A DNA stretch of 63,296 bases, the filler included, from Reticulomyxa filosa (lineage: Eukaryota; Protista; Foraminifera), in the NCBI GenBank assembly GCA_000512085.1. It is 24 parts of 24 records of this genome, joined end to end, with 100 filler letters (N's around TTAATTAATTAA, not from the genome) between each part and the next. Parts side by side here need not be neighbours in the genome. Positions count along the whole stretch, not along the records: positions 34,901 to 37,051 come from ASPP01013342.1; positions 37,152 to 42,817 come from ASPP01049142.1; positions 42,918 to 46,317 come from ASPP01033829.1; positions 46,418 to 49,638 come from ASPP01000479.1; positions 49,739 to 50,809 come from ASPP01022234.1; 19 more parts are not named here. The stretch is one strand, 5' to 3'. The translations under genes and the position numbers were made by a program. Below the pieces are notes generated by a model. That model saw only the letters and a program-made list of their open reading frames with translations, was not told where the DNA came from and made no database searches. The stretch's first letter is position 1. Each line of letters starts with the position of its first letter. Shown here piece by piece: positions 37,051 to 50,909 of this stretch.

Positions 37051-37919
37051 GNNNNNNNNNNNNNNNNNNNNNNNNNNNNNNNNNNNNNNNNNNNNTTAAT
37101 TAATTAANNNNNNNNNNNNNNNNNNNNNNNNNNNNNNNNNNNNNNNNNNNNGAGTAGGAAAATGGCGGAAGAGCTGTTGAAATGTGCAGACTTTTAGGAT
37201 GCTTGGATTTGATGATAAAAGATAATGAGAATAATATGTATGTAGACGTTTGCATGGACGAAAAAGATGAAGCAAGTGCTGTGTGGCAAAACCAGATAGC
37301 AACAACTCGTTCTCGCCGAAAAAACGTGTGAGGAATAAAAGAAAATTCAACACGCCCAAAAACAGGTCCAAAAAAAAAAGCCAATGAAAATCACTTTTAA
37401 ACAGCACCTTGCCAATCACAAGCTTCTTGAAATTTTTTTTTTTTTTGTTCGGCTGAGAAGAGAGAGAATGGTGAAGGAGAAAGAGGGAAGAACAAAAAAG
37501 TGTACTATTCAAGTGTTTTTTTTTTTTGGCCAGTTGCCTTTAGTTTGTCCATTTTATGTGTGCTTGTTCAATAGTGTAGCAAGTTTTCAATAACCCAATT
37601 TTTTGGTCCCTTTTTTTTCACAATCAAAACACTTAAAGTCACCTACCTCCTTTTCATTTTAAATAAAAAATTAATCACGAAATAAATACTTTCTTTTTCT
37701 CCACAAAAAAAAAGAATAGATGTGTTCACAGCAATTATTTTGAAAAAAATTCTACAAATAACTTACACGTTTTGTGCTTGTACGTAGGCAAATGTAACAC
37801 TTTTTTATGAAATTATAAACATGATTTTTGGATTTAATGATGATGTAGTGAATTAAATAAATACAGCGGAACATGTCATTAGAATAAAATTTTTTTTTTT
37901 GTAGCAAATGATGTTTTAA

Positions 37920-40900
37920 AGTACGTACAGTTATTGAATAACCAACAAAAAAAATGATGAACAAGAACGTGCCATTGTGGTGGATACTATGGTGTAGTAC
38001 TTTGGTTGTGTGGACGATATCGGTAACAACTGGCGATACGAGCGCATGCCCGTCGGACGACCCTTGCCTTGTGTGCAACATTATCCGACAGAAAACTGTG
38101 TGACATTGCTAGCAAACCGACACAACGTGGACACATCAGCGAGGGGTTGTTAACAGATAACGAACTGAATGGATCACGACCACACTCACTCACCGCATAG
38201 TATTCCACAACAACATACTGAGGTATCCTTGCGATATCAACACATGGTGCTCGAACACACACAAGTTGCTTGTGTTTCAACGAGGCTTTCTTTCAGTCAT
38301 GGACATGCCACCCCCCCCGATCGGCAAGTATACGTAGACCAAAGTAATACAATCGCCATCTATGAATACGGATAAAAGGACTATCACTTGCCACCGCGAG
38401 AAATTTCTGGACAGATGCCCTTCATCATCTTTGTCAAGGCACAGACGCAGTAGATATTCGAAATCACGTAGAGCACCTCATCGCAATAAGAACAGCATAC
38501 ATCAAACATACTCGATTACAACTTCACTCCAACAAGAACACATGCATGTTAAATCACGAAGGGATCGAACGGACAATATTGCCACGATATATATATATAT
38601 ATATATTGTGACAATGTTGGTTTTCATTTCCGTTTTTTTGCTTGGATTCCGAGATTGTGATAAGCGTATTTGCTTTCTTCTGCTGGTGCAGCAATGACAC
38701 GCTTTGCAATAAAAATTGGTCTCGATGATAACGATGGTAATGCAATCGGAGACGTCTTTGGCAGCCGTCAATGCAATTAGCGAAGAAGAAGATAGAGAAA
38801 ATACGTTAATACAACTGTGGTCCCAAGATTAGATATCATTGTATCGACGTCGTCTCATAGTGCTCAATGACGACAATAGCGACGAAATGGAGCCAAAAAG
38901 AAATGGTAATAGATTGAAAGGCAACACTTGTGACCTTATCTTTATTCACATTTAATACAATGATTCGGTCATTATTTAATGTGTTGAGTCGCTGCTTTGT
39001 CTTTAGGCAAGGGGACCAGCATTGTTCCAACACGGAGTGATGAGTCGTACTCATATTTACGATGGCAGGACTGTCCATATATTTGCGAGACGAAGTGATC
39101 CTTGAGAACGCAGGTATTACAATAAGAACAGGATATGATATTAAGAGTTTGTGCTTGTGAAAAAGCTATACGTCAATTTTTTTTTTTAAAATAGTTTTTC
39201 TAGAGCATCCGTTCTCATTAACATAGCAGTGTTTGCTTCTGCATTTCTGTACATCACCGTTTTCTTCATTTGAGGTTCCGCTACCAGTTGACTTAGTGTA
39301 TTCTATAGCTGTTGTAAAAACAAAAACAACAAGCAACAAATTAATTTAAATTGTTTTGAAAGAAAGACAAACATAATCAATGTTTTTTTAACATCAATCC
39401 TCTTTCAAAGGCATTCCATCATAGAGTGAAATAATCAATATAATCATTTCATGTCAATCTTCTTTGATGATAATATCCATGGTTCTTTTGTAATCAATAT
39501 ATCACAGCTTTAATATCTTGCACCAAATCAACACGAAGATCATGCCAATTGTATATTGTAAATGCCTCCATGCGTCTTTGGAGTGTCGACATCAGAAACC
39601 AAATATAATATAGTTGCAAATATATGTGAAAGCAGCAACAGGTACTTGATCAATTATGGATATTGATGCTTTGATTGAAAGTATTGTGTATTAAGCCGGA
39701 CGTTGTTGTGTGACTGTAAGTATGTAAAAATTCATTGTCACTGCGTTTCGTTTTCATAGTCTTGGTGACAAATATCAACATCTTTTAATGATTGGTTGTG
39801 TCGATTTTCTTTATTTACAATCTCTACTTGTTTCTCTCGATAAGCATACTTTCATGATTTATTACCACTTGTCATATTCCTTGAATTAATCCATATATCT
39901 CAAATGCTATTAACTGGTATTTTGCTTATTTCTTTTTCCATCTGTTTGCTTTGTTGAACACCTGAAGTAAATCACTGTACAATGAAAAGGTCCATGTTTA
40001 CATTGTTTCGATTAAGATATATTACAACAAATGAAAAAATGACAAGAATAAAATATACACCTGGGAATTGGACTACCATGATTGATCCTTGCATTTGCAG
40101 GTTTTAAGTTTAAATAATAACAGGATTGCTTGTCACATGAGAAGTGGTCCACGGAATATAAATTTGTTCAAACATTCTATCTTCTTTACTTCTCACATTT
40201 ATATTTATTACAACTCTGGTACTGGATTGATGTATTGTGTATTGCATAGATTGACTTGTAAGCTTAACACAAAATGCTTTTGAATTGCGATTGCCATATA
40301 CCAAAAGAAGGTCGAGTTTGATAACGACACAGTTGCACTGCATTTGAACCCACATCGTCTATGTTATCTTTGGTGAAGACTCATAGCACGGATTACACTT
40401 TAAACCAGGCAATGAAATTTAAATTATTTCTCAAATGCTAATTGATGGAGTTGTGGAGCTAACACCAGGACTGCTGAACTTTATTCCATTCATTTGTCTG
40501 CGGTTGTGTTAAGTTGCGGCCATGTTCAATATTTGACTCATAAATAGTGCAAATGCTATTGCCTTCGATTCGGCCAAAACATGTTCAGCGATGGAATACA
40601 TATTATGCACCAACTCTGCTTTGAGCAAACGATTAACACCTTCACATGGACAACGTTTTTTATTGTATCAAATCTATACATACATATATACACAGGAATA
40701 ACACATCAATTGAAAATAATTACAGAAAGATAAGCGTAACTACTTGCACAAACTTGCACAAGTCCACCTAATATTCGAAAATAGATAAAGCTAGGCTCCT
40801 TTGACAATTCTGGAAATGACCAAAAATACACATAGATATTCACGCATTAACAACTTACGCTTCCAAGCTTGATATGTCCCAGATGCCAACGCGCAAAAGT

Positions 40901-41000
40901 GGACAAATTGATTAGAAGTTGGATTGAATGCACATCTTGAAAGTACTGACACTGTCATTAAATCCATGCTTGCTCAATTCTGCCAACAATTCACTTGATA
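37920..41000 (-). pseudogene. Heavily degraded multi-exon gene remnant
   Basis: About 3 kb with exon-like composition and residual intron-like AT tracts but no long ORF in any frame. Confidence 0.4.
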
Positions 41001-41921
41001 TCTTCACACCTCGAACTGCTTGTACAAAAAATAAACCACAAATTAAAATATCGTCTCGTTGCCTTCAATTTCTTCGCCAAAGATAGATCTATGATGTAAT
41101 ACTTATGTTTCAAATTTGTTCTTTTTAACAACATACATAAAAAAAAGGATATATCACTTAACTTTATTGTTATCCTTGAGCGGGACAACAATTATTTTTT
41201 CTAATTTAAAAAAATAAAAATTAATATTTCAATTATAATTTTTGTTTTCTTTCTTATTTTTTTTTCATTTCATTTATTATTATCATTTTTTTCTTTCATT
41301 ATATTCTTTTTCCTTATAAAAATGTTTGTTTGTTTTCTTCTTTTTTCTTGTCTACTTTTTTTTCTTTTTATTATTCCATCTTTTTTTTATTAGTTCATTT
41401 TTTTTATTTCCATCTTTTTTTTCTTATTTTTTATCTTATTTTATTTTTATTACTACCTTTTTTTTCTCCCCCCCTTAATAACTCTTTTTTCCCAAATACC
41501 CAAGAAAATATATATACACAAAAATCTTTTTTTGTTGCACCGGATACCTATATGCAACACAAACAAAGTTATACTTTATATTTTTTTAAAGAACAAACAA
41601 AATATTTATAACTGCTATTAGATGATGATGGCACAATAATACTGTCTTTTCCTATGATAAACACTTCACATACTTTTGTTTTTTTATTTGAGGGAGGGGG
41701 TAAACAAATAAATATACAAATATACAAATATACAAATATAGGTTTTCCATTGGGGGAATTCCTATTCAATAACAAGTACAAAACACATTTTATAACAAAT
41801 GTATACATATATATATATAAATAAATAAAAACATATACAAACCTTTTTTTATTTTTTCACAAACGGGGTATACTTCAACCCCATTATTTTTGTGTGTGTG
41901 TGTGCGCTGAGGGGACATAAT

Positions 41922-42797
41922 GTTAATTTTGGTAGGACGGTGGAACCTATATTATAGAATACACAACATTTAAATATATTAAAAAAAATAATAATAAATA
42001 GAACAAACCTGAATTTTTCCTTGCGGAGACGGGGGTGGGTTCTGCCCCATATTCTTCTTTTTTTCATCACAATTGGTAATCCTATTGTAAATAAACGCAC
42101 AAACAATAGTTACGAATTGGACATAATGAAAAACAAAAGACTTACCTTCTGTTGGCGTTTTACAATTGCAATGCAAATCTCGCATTGCAAATCACAATAG
42201 CGAGTATTGATATTGTTCGCCATCCTCCAATTCCAACAACACAATGTTTGCCATTGCCGAACTCCATAATCATTTTCTATACACAAGTGACAAACAAAAA
42301 AATAATGTGTATTATTTAACAGCAACAGAAAAAAAAACAAAAAGAACTTTACAAAATCCATCATATCGTCGACGTCTTGATTGATAGTCAATGTGAGAAA
42401 ATATCCAAGTCTTTGCTGCGATGTTGGATGTAAGTGTTTGTATTTGAGTTGAAGCAATATGTGGAGTATATAATTTTGCAATGCGAGTTTATCCATTGTG
42501 TGCGTTGAGGCTAAGTGCCATATGAGATCGAGCCTTTGTGGATGTGGCGCTAATTTGCATAAACGAGGCTGGGGACCACGACCAACTTGTTCGTCGGATG
42601 CGTTGTCGCCCAATCTCCTCATTTGCGCTAATAGCGCTTCTATCACATCAAAGGCATGTTTGGGCAATGGAGAAAACGACGGACTTGCCGTCACATTTTG
42701 TGCCAGCAATTGCAGCTGGTTGGACAATGGTTTCAATCTGAGTCGTCTTTCCATTTTCCATTTTCCATTCATCAAGGCACTAAATAGTCTCACAATC
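41922..42797 (-). CDS. Hypothetical helical protein, 3' exons
   Basis: Long ORF with GT-AG-bounded AT-rich interruptions; no domain recognised. Confidence 0.55.
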
Positions 42798-42927
42798 TAA
42801 TTTTGTTTGTTTGCTTANNNNNNNNNNNNNNNNNNNNNNNNNNNNNNNNNNNNNNNNNNNNTTAATTAATTAANNNNNNNNNNNNNNNNNNNNNNNNNNN
42901 NNNNNNNNNNNNNNNNNTACTTTTGTA

Positions 42928-45544
42928 TTACAAATATAGATTGTAAATGGTCAAAAAAAAAATGAAAAGAAGAACAAAGTAATACTCTTTCAATTCATTG
43001 AATTGCTGTCTGCAATTTTCCAATTCATTAATTGCACTATCTTTTTCCAAGTGCAACGAGCTCAAACTACTTCGATTTTTTTCAGTTAGCAGTACGTATT
43101 CGTGTAACTTGGTTTTAGTATTTTTGAGCTGGGTCTCCAGCGCTTGAAACTCAGACTCCAATTGTTTGATTTTGTGTTGATATTTGTGTAATTCATCCTT
43201 ATGTGTTTCATTTTCAGTGACAGATTGTTCATGTTTCTTGGTCATAGAATTGGCTTGTGTCTGCAGCTGCTGTTTTTCTTCTTGCAACTTTTTTATTTGT
43301 TGTTCATGTTCTTTCTTCAAATCAACCATTTTTCCTATTTGTTTTTCGTTTTCTCTCTTCAGAGTTTCAATTTGCTCCTTTTGCTGATTATTTTGTTCCT
43401 TTAAATGACGAATTTTCTTTTTATCGCTTTGTTCAGTTTTGCTCTTTTTTTCCATTAAATCAGTGAATTGGGCACTGTGTTGTACTATTGTTTTCTCTAC
43501 ATTGGCCAATCGTTTTGTAGTCTCGTGTGCTAGTTTATCGTCAGCTAATATTGGATAATCATTTGACCATATCTCTCTATTTTGTTTTGTTTTATTTAGT
43601 GTACGTGGATGTATACACTCTCCCTTTCCCCCACTCCAAAATGCAGCCCTAACAGGTTCATGTTTTCCACTGGTACCTAGTTTTTGTGCGTATACAATAA
43701 CGTCAACAATGTACATACATTATCAAAGAGACTCTTTTTTTTTTTTTTTGCTGAACCGAATTAATCAAAGCGTGTATGTAATCAGGTGCCATCTTTTTTG
43801 TTTGTTATCCTACATTTTTGATTGAAGACAATTACACAGCCAAATAATACAACACATTTTTTTACCTTCAAGTCTTCTACCGGCAGCTCTTGTCCATCAT
43901 TCGTCGAAGCGCAAATGATTCCATTCTTCACGCATAGTCGAGTGATAGAAACGCTTTTTTTGGTTTTGACATCTTTTGGAAAGATAAACCAATTGAATAC
44001 TTTCTTCGTAATGTTCACAATGGCTTTGCTTTCAACCAACTTTTGTGTTGTCATTGCACATTTGTATGTATGGATTCAGGTTGCATTGAAAAAAAATTGA
44101 AAGAAAAAAGAAAGGAGAATTGGCAAAGGACATATAACTGCTTCGGATGCCATCTTTTTTATGTGATACAAATAAAGATCTTTTGGTTTACCTGTCTGAA
44201 GTAGTATTGATTTTGTGTTAATTAAAGAAAAAAGGTTCAATTTTGACAGCGACAACAATAAAAATAAAAAAAAAGAGGGAGTTGTGGAAACGAACCATTG
44301 GCATAAATTCTTCAGTCTCGGACGGGAAATACAAGTATTTTCCTTCAATAGTTTTTATTATTAATGAACCTTCCGTCTCTTTACCTTCCACAATTGGGTC
44401 TCTTTGCTCAATGAACACAATTTCTCTTTGCTCGCTGCCGCCTGGCTTATACCAACGAAACTTTTGTTTTTTCATTAATTTATCACTCAAAAAAAAGTAG
44501 TAACAATAATAAGTACAAGGATATGACATTGGAAAAATATGTTTATCACTAGCGTGAACAAAACTTGATCCCAAAGGGAATTTTTCTGTACCTGACTTGA
44601 TTCGTTGCTAGTGGCTCCTACATTACTCTATGAAAACATACATGGAGCCTGTCGAAAAAAAAAAAGCAAAAAAAAGTATTTCAAAACTAACCTGTGCTTC
44701 ATTCGATTTCTTTTCTTCACGTAGATCCACTTTTATTGATATTGTTTCTTGTTGATGTCCATTGTCACACTTGGAAATTTGTGTACATTTATTCACACCA
44801 AAAAAAAAAGAGCGTAGATGTTGGAATAAGCATTTGTTCAAATAAAAATAAAAATTGTTCACACTTTTTTTGGTGATTGATTTTTCTCCACAAATTCTTC
44901 CACCTTTGATTTGATTTCTGTTATCAACTCAGTCAAATGTGTGCTATCAGCTTTCCATTTTTTACCAACTTTGTCGTAAATGATGGCTCCAGTCTCTTTT
45001 ATCCAAGGTACATCGATTACTGGTTGAAGTACTAATTGTGGAGGGCAATTTGGAAAAGATTTCGTCAAAGAACTGTTGACACAACAAATATTTATACACA
45101 AGAAGCCTCAAAGGAAAAACACTCCAAACATTTTCAAGTGAAATTGACTCTTGTCTTGGACGCGAAGATCAATTTTAAATTCTTTTTTTTCTTTAATTAT
45201 TTGGCAATTTGGATAATCTTTAATGCTTTGAATGAGTTCGCTTCGTGTGGCACATCCACTACTAAGTCATGATCAAGAAAAAGCAGTTACATTAGCTTAT
45301 ACGGCCAAGGAAACAAAAGCATACCTCATGTTCTCAATCTCTTGTATTCCTTTTTGCAGCTTTTACTTTTAAAAAAAGTTACGTTGCACTTTGTAGAAAA
45401 AGGAGCAAACCCATTGCGCTTAAAGAACTTTGTTGGTTCAATATTTTTGTTTAATTTGTAAATGGAAACAAGTACAATTATCCAATTTGGATTGTTCTAT
45501 TATTAACATTTAAAGCACTTATTTTTTTGATCATCATTCTGCAT
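42928..45544 (-). CDS. Multi-exon protein with an N-terminal UEV/RWD-like region and a C-terminal coiled coil (3' truncated)
   Basis: SFPNCPPQLVLQPVIDVPWIKETGAI...W..DSTHLTELITEI resembles the UEV/UBC fold; long E/K/Q heptad region at 42980-43500. Confidence 0.5.
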
Positions 45545-46417
45545 CTAAAGGAGTGTTTTTTACAAACTTGAAAAAAACAAGAAAACAGTGCCAGTATTTG
45601 TAGATCAACTCTGCATATCGAGAAACGCCGGGAACTCGTTTCTTTTTTTCATTTAAAACTTTGTTGCTTATCCTTTTCGAGTACCCTTTGTGTTTGTCTG
45701 AGATTTTTTAATTTTTCATTCCGTTCAATTTGCTCGATGAGCAAAACCTTTCGTATTACATTATGTTCTATCATTAGCTTTCATGGGTTCTTTTATTTTT
45801 GAAACTTTTAGCGATGTAAAAAGCTTACAGATCTTTGATTTCGTAAGTTTCAATTAATGCAAAAGTATTGTTAAAAAATTATAAATTTATTTTTAATGAC
45901 GAAATTACAAATATTTGTAAAAGATTTCTTTTGGAGTTGATGTAACATAGAATAAAGATAATCTAAACACAATTCGCACAAATACGAGAAATGCCAAACA
46001 TTTACAATGAAGCACTTCCAAGTAAATAAACTCTAAAAAAACTACATTTTGCTTGCTGGGATCAGAGAGAATTAATAGCATCAATTTGAAAAATGCACTT
46101 ATTGCACTACACGCACCCAGCCTAAGGGTCATGGCTTGACCTGAAATGAAAAAAAAAATGAGGTCAAAAAACTAAACTCTCTCCTTTGCTTTAATCTCTT
46201 CAAGCTCAGCACCGATTTTGACAACGTCCACACTTCCGTCTTCAAAATTAACTTGAGCAAACCCACGGTGACCTGTATCGGGGTGTCTATACGACAATTG
46301 AACTCGATCATTTTTCANNNNNNNNNNNNNNNNNNNNNNNNNNNNNNNNNNNNNNNNNNNNTTAATTAATTAANNNNNNNNNNNNNNNNNNNNNNNNNNN
46401 NNNNNNNNNNNNNNNNN

Positions 46418-47825
46418 ATTAAGAAATTTTCAAATTTTTTTGTTTACATTTTAGAAACATCTAAATCGCATAGATACTTTTTAAAAAAATTATACTTGTA
46501 TCATTCGTAGTCTTTGAGAAAAATCATATTCTTTTATTACAGTTTATTCACTTTGTATGCCGAATGATTAAAATTTTAATATTGAAATTAGTTTTAGTAA
46601 AAAATTTAAAGTATTGTTTTTAAAAATTTTTTTGAAATTTCAGTTTTTTTATCTACTATTTTGTTGGTTTTCCTTTTGCATCAATTACTACTTGAATTCT
46701 TTTGTGCATAGATTCAATTAGTGATTGGCATAATTGTTGATAGATCTTGCTTTGTATTTATTTTTTTCCCTTTATACAATTTTGTTTTTAGTATATAACA
46801 AAGGTTTTCGATTGGATTCAAACAGTCTTTTTCATCATCTAGACAATATTGTACGCTACTTAACATATAGTCTTTTATATTTCTTTATAAATTTCAGAGT
46901 TAACGCCTCTATCTATTTTACATGCATTTACAACGCCTTTTGTGCCAAAACAAGCATACACCATGATAATGCATCCACCAAACATTGATCTTTTAATTAT
47001 GCCACGATCTCCTAAGTCTTGGTTTGGATTTTCCACGCATATTTGATGCAATTACTACAACATAAATTAATCTTTGTTTCATCTGAAAACATAACTTTCT
47101 TCAAATCATATACTGTCTAACTTTTGTGTTCGTTGGCAAATTCAAGTCTTGCATTAATATGATTTTATTCCAAATTTAGCTTCTTCTTGGTGACAGCAAT
47201 TAAACTATTTCTTTTAAGCGTTCTTGTTACTGTTGCATACGAGACTTTAGTTTCATTATCATTATCTAATTCATTTTTTACATCTTTTGATGTTTTACAC
47301 TTTTCAGAAACAAGCAACCTAACAATTTTACGCTTAGTACGCACATGAATTTTTTCATACATGACAGATCCAGTCTTTATAGTTACAATTCATTTATCAT
47401 GATAAAGGTTACTCCACAGTATTACAGATGCAGTAATAACAACAAATTTTCTATCAACTTATCTGATGATAAATCCACAAATTAACATACTAACAGCAAC
47501 TCCTTTCATAAAAAGGCTAATATGCTTCGCCATTTCAAAATGACAAATGATACTATAAATTTCAAAATGAAAAATATCAAAAAATAATTAAAGATATCAT
47601 AATAAAAAAAGGACGTTAATAAAAAAATAAAATAAAAATAAAAAATAAAATAAAAAATAAAATAAAAATAAAATAAAAAATAAAATTAAAATATAAAAAC
47701 TACATATTTGTATATATTTTTTAAAATAAAAAAAAAATTAGGTCTAAATGTTGATTTTTCATGAAGAAAATCAATTATCATAAGATATCGTTTTATGCGT
47801 TCAGTTTTCTTTTCGGCCTACTGTA
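46418..47825 (-). mobile_element. Tc1/mariner transposon remnant with a dead transposase and one terminal inverted repeat
   Basis: HTH region (VSYATVTRTLKRNSL), ARLEFANEH, VMFSDETKINL (first catalytic Asp), many stops. On the minus strand the terminus reads TA|CAGTAGGCCGAAAAG at 47825-47809. Confidence 0.85.
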
Positions 47826-48375
47826 TACAAACGAGTTTTTATATAATATTCCCGAGATAAATTAATACATAATTTCAAAAAAACGTGTCTGTGCGACATA
47901 CTGTAGGGTAAGTCACTATTATACAATCTCAAACACTAATTGAACGGTGGGACCCCCGTGGGTTAAAACTATATTCACAATACAACTAACTTTTGTGTTT
48001 TCTTTTCTTATGTTGAAATTATTTTTGTTAATTTAATTTCCTTTTACTAAAGTTGCTTTTTGTAACTAAGTTCCTTTCGTATTACACTTAATCGTCTCAA
48101 TATTCATACACTACAGGTAAAGGTTTCTAGGCAAAATATTTTTTTTTCATCAGACGCTATTGGAGATAAAAGTGATTTGATGTTAAAAGATTGAAAAATA
48201 TTGTTTAGAATTGCAATATTGTGTTTTTCATTATTTCCAAAAAGAAATTGACATGAAAATATGTTCAAGTTGAAATTTTGTAAAAAATATTGCTGATAAC
48301 TCGTTTTGAAAAAGGTGTTGAATGAGACAATTCATTTTGGAAATGAATTTGAGGAAAGACAATTGAAAAAAAGAG

Positions 48376-49570
48376 TTATAATCCATTAGAAAATTGAGTA
48401 GTATTAACATTGAAGAGATACATTTTTTTAAGTGCAATGATGCGAAAGAATCCTGAGTAATATGTGGTCCAGCCCCGATTGTATGTACTGATGATGGGCT
48501 GTCCACCGGGTAAAAAGTGGACAGTGATCTCATCGGAGTTGACTTGAACCGTTTGAGGTCCAGCCGCGGGTTGGTCTTTGTACCAATACATGAACGGCCA
48601 AATTTCATTGGTCGATTCGTCCGTATTATTGGTCGGACTGAAGAATACCTGAACAATGTCAGGAGTGGAGCCAATGTTATGAGAGGAGACCATATAGTGA
48701 CAATGATTACAAAAAGTCCAAAACGAGTCACTATATAAAAATATACATATATGTATATACATATATGTGTATATACATATATACATAGAAATATAGAAAT
48801 ATAATTTAACCAATATAATGTTCCATCTTGGATGACTTGTGATGGTGGTGATAACATAACGGCTTGCCAATAGCCTTCAGTAAGCCCCCCGGCGTCAGGA
48901 GTTCGAAACAGGAAATCGGACGAATCGACTTGCACGTACAAGTTGCCATTGGAGATGCGAATGCTTCGCGGGTTAGCAAGATTGGACCCCAAGACGGGGT
49001 AGACGACGCTCGGCACAATGGGATTTTGTGAGAACCAAATGCCAATGAAAGGCAGGATTTGCTTTTGGAAGAAGAGCGGATACAAGGTTTGGTTGGTCAG
49101 CAACAGCGTGTCATGGGTGGTTTGGACATTGTCCAAAACCCAATCCGACGTGACTGTCGGGGTGGCATTGGTGAACTGGATGTTCCAAAATCCTTCCCAA
49201 TAGATCGTCGCTTGCTGGTTGTAGGCATCAAAGGTTCGAAACAAGGGCCGACTCGGCACGGGCTGTGACGTCACCACCATGGTTTCAAACGACAGTGCGT
49301 CATTGGTCAATTGGAACGAAGTGTTCAAAGGGTTTCCTGGATAAAAGTCACTCCCGGTCTGATTTGTAAACGAATCCACCGAAAAATACGTGCACTTGCT
49401 GTCAAACACCGTGCAAGGCTGCGCAGAAAACTGCACTTGGATCAGCGTCGGCATCGTCGCCAATCCATGTGCTATCACTTGTTCCATTCCAATCTTCGAC
49501 ATATTTTGCGCCGAGGCATCTGCCGCATAGCTATATCCCATATTGCCACGCGCAAAATAATACCAGTCAA
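48376..49570 (-). CDS. Extracellular protein, possibly with a BPI/LBP (TULIP) C-terminal domain plus an extra C-terminal domain; 3' exons
   Basis: QILPFIGIWFSQNPIVP...LANPRSIRISNGNLYVQVD resembles the BPI/LBP C-terminus. Many N-glycosylation sequons; intron about 48732-48809. Confidence 0.5.
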
Positions 49571-50909
49571 GTGCTATTTATTATTTAATTAATTTAATAA
49601 TAATAATAATAATAATGAAATATATTATTTATATATAANNNNNNNNNNNNNNNNNNNNNNNNNNNNNNNNNNNNNNNNNNNNTTAATTAATTAANNNNNN
49701 NNNNNNNNNNNNNNNNNNNNNNNNNNNNNNNNNNNNNNATTGGAATATGCTCCTTATAATCTGCATACAGTGATTGGACGCTTTGAAGGAGTATTACAAA
49801 AGTAAGTGCAGTAACTATCAAAGGGTCCCTCCACCGTCTCCTGAACCCTATATTAGTTCAGCTGCAAAAATATCAAGTCCCAGAAACGGAGAGGACCTGT
49901 CAGGAAATAACGTTGAGAGTGTAGATGGGCTTGTAGAAAGGAGCATGGTGAACAATTTTTTTTTTTAATTGTGAGGAAGAGAAGGTGAAAACCCTGACAA
50001 AAAAAAATCATTAAAAAATACTCATCTTTTATTGAGGAAGATCGCTGTGTTTGGATTGCTCAATTAAAAAAAAACTTTCTAATTCTATTGTTGTTCAATA
50101 TTTCATTATGTTCTCCTGCCCTGCGTTTTTGTCACTCAATTAATAGTAAATCGTAATTTAATCCAGCAACTTATGTTTTTGTCTCATAAAAAAAGATCTT
50201 TTCACAATTGCTGGGGATTATTTGTACTTTTGGTCATCTAGTCGAAACTCGATTGTCGGTGATGCCTTAATCAAACTCTAATGTAATTGGTTTCATTTGT
50301 TTCTTTTCATTTAAAAAAATCATACACATAATTTGCTTTAAATGGTGTCATATATTGATACTTATATCCTTTTTTTTTAATTTGGTGATGAACCAACTCT
50401 TGAACTGGTTCAAATTTTTTTTGATGACAATTATAGTGTTTAAAACAAAAAGTTTTTCTTTATCAAAATTGTATCGTGTGTAATATAGTTTTTACTTTGG
50501 CATAAATCTATGAAAGTTTTGGTTCGAGTAGTTTTATAACTTAAAGATTCCTTTTTTTTTTTGCATAATCTATTCATTGTCCAAGCACTATTAACAATAA
50601 TAACGACAAGAAAATGAATTATAAATGTTTAAATTGATTTGATGTTTGATAAAATTGAGATAGATCAAACAACAAACAATGATTGTTGTGTATCATGTCC
50701 AATTTGGACCAGATTACAGTAAATTGTTTTGAATATATATTAAAATACTTGATTACTTTCTTGTATCATATGTAGGACGATGGTCTACTGATTGTTGAAA
50801 AGATATAAANNNNNNNNNNNNNNNNNNNNNNNNNNNNNNNNNNNNNNNNNNNNTTAATTAATTAANNNNNNNNNNNNNNNNNNNNNNNNNNNNNNNNNNN
50901 NNNNNNNNN

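Noticed and set aside
37920-47533. In-frame stops in degraded regions as evidence of an alternative genetic code
   Set aside because: Conserved genes read through with the standard code, and the stops co-occur with frameshifts, which indicates pseudogenes.
49739-49968. LEYAPYNL, resembling a kinase hinge at the contig start
   Set aside because: Too short, and no other kinase motifs follow.
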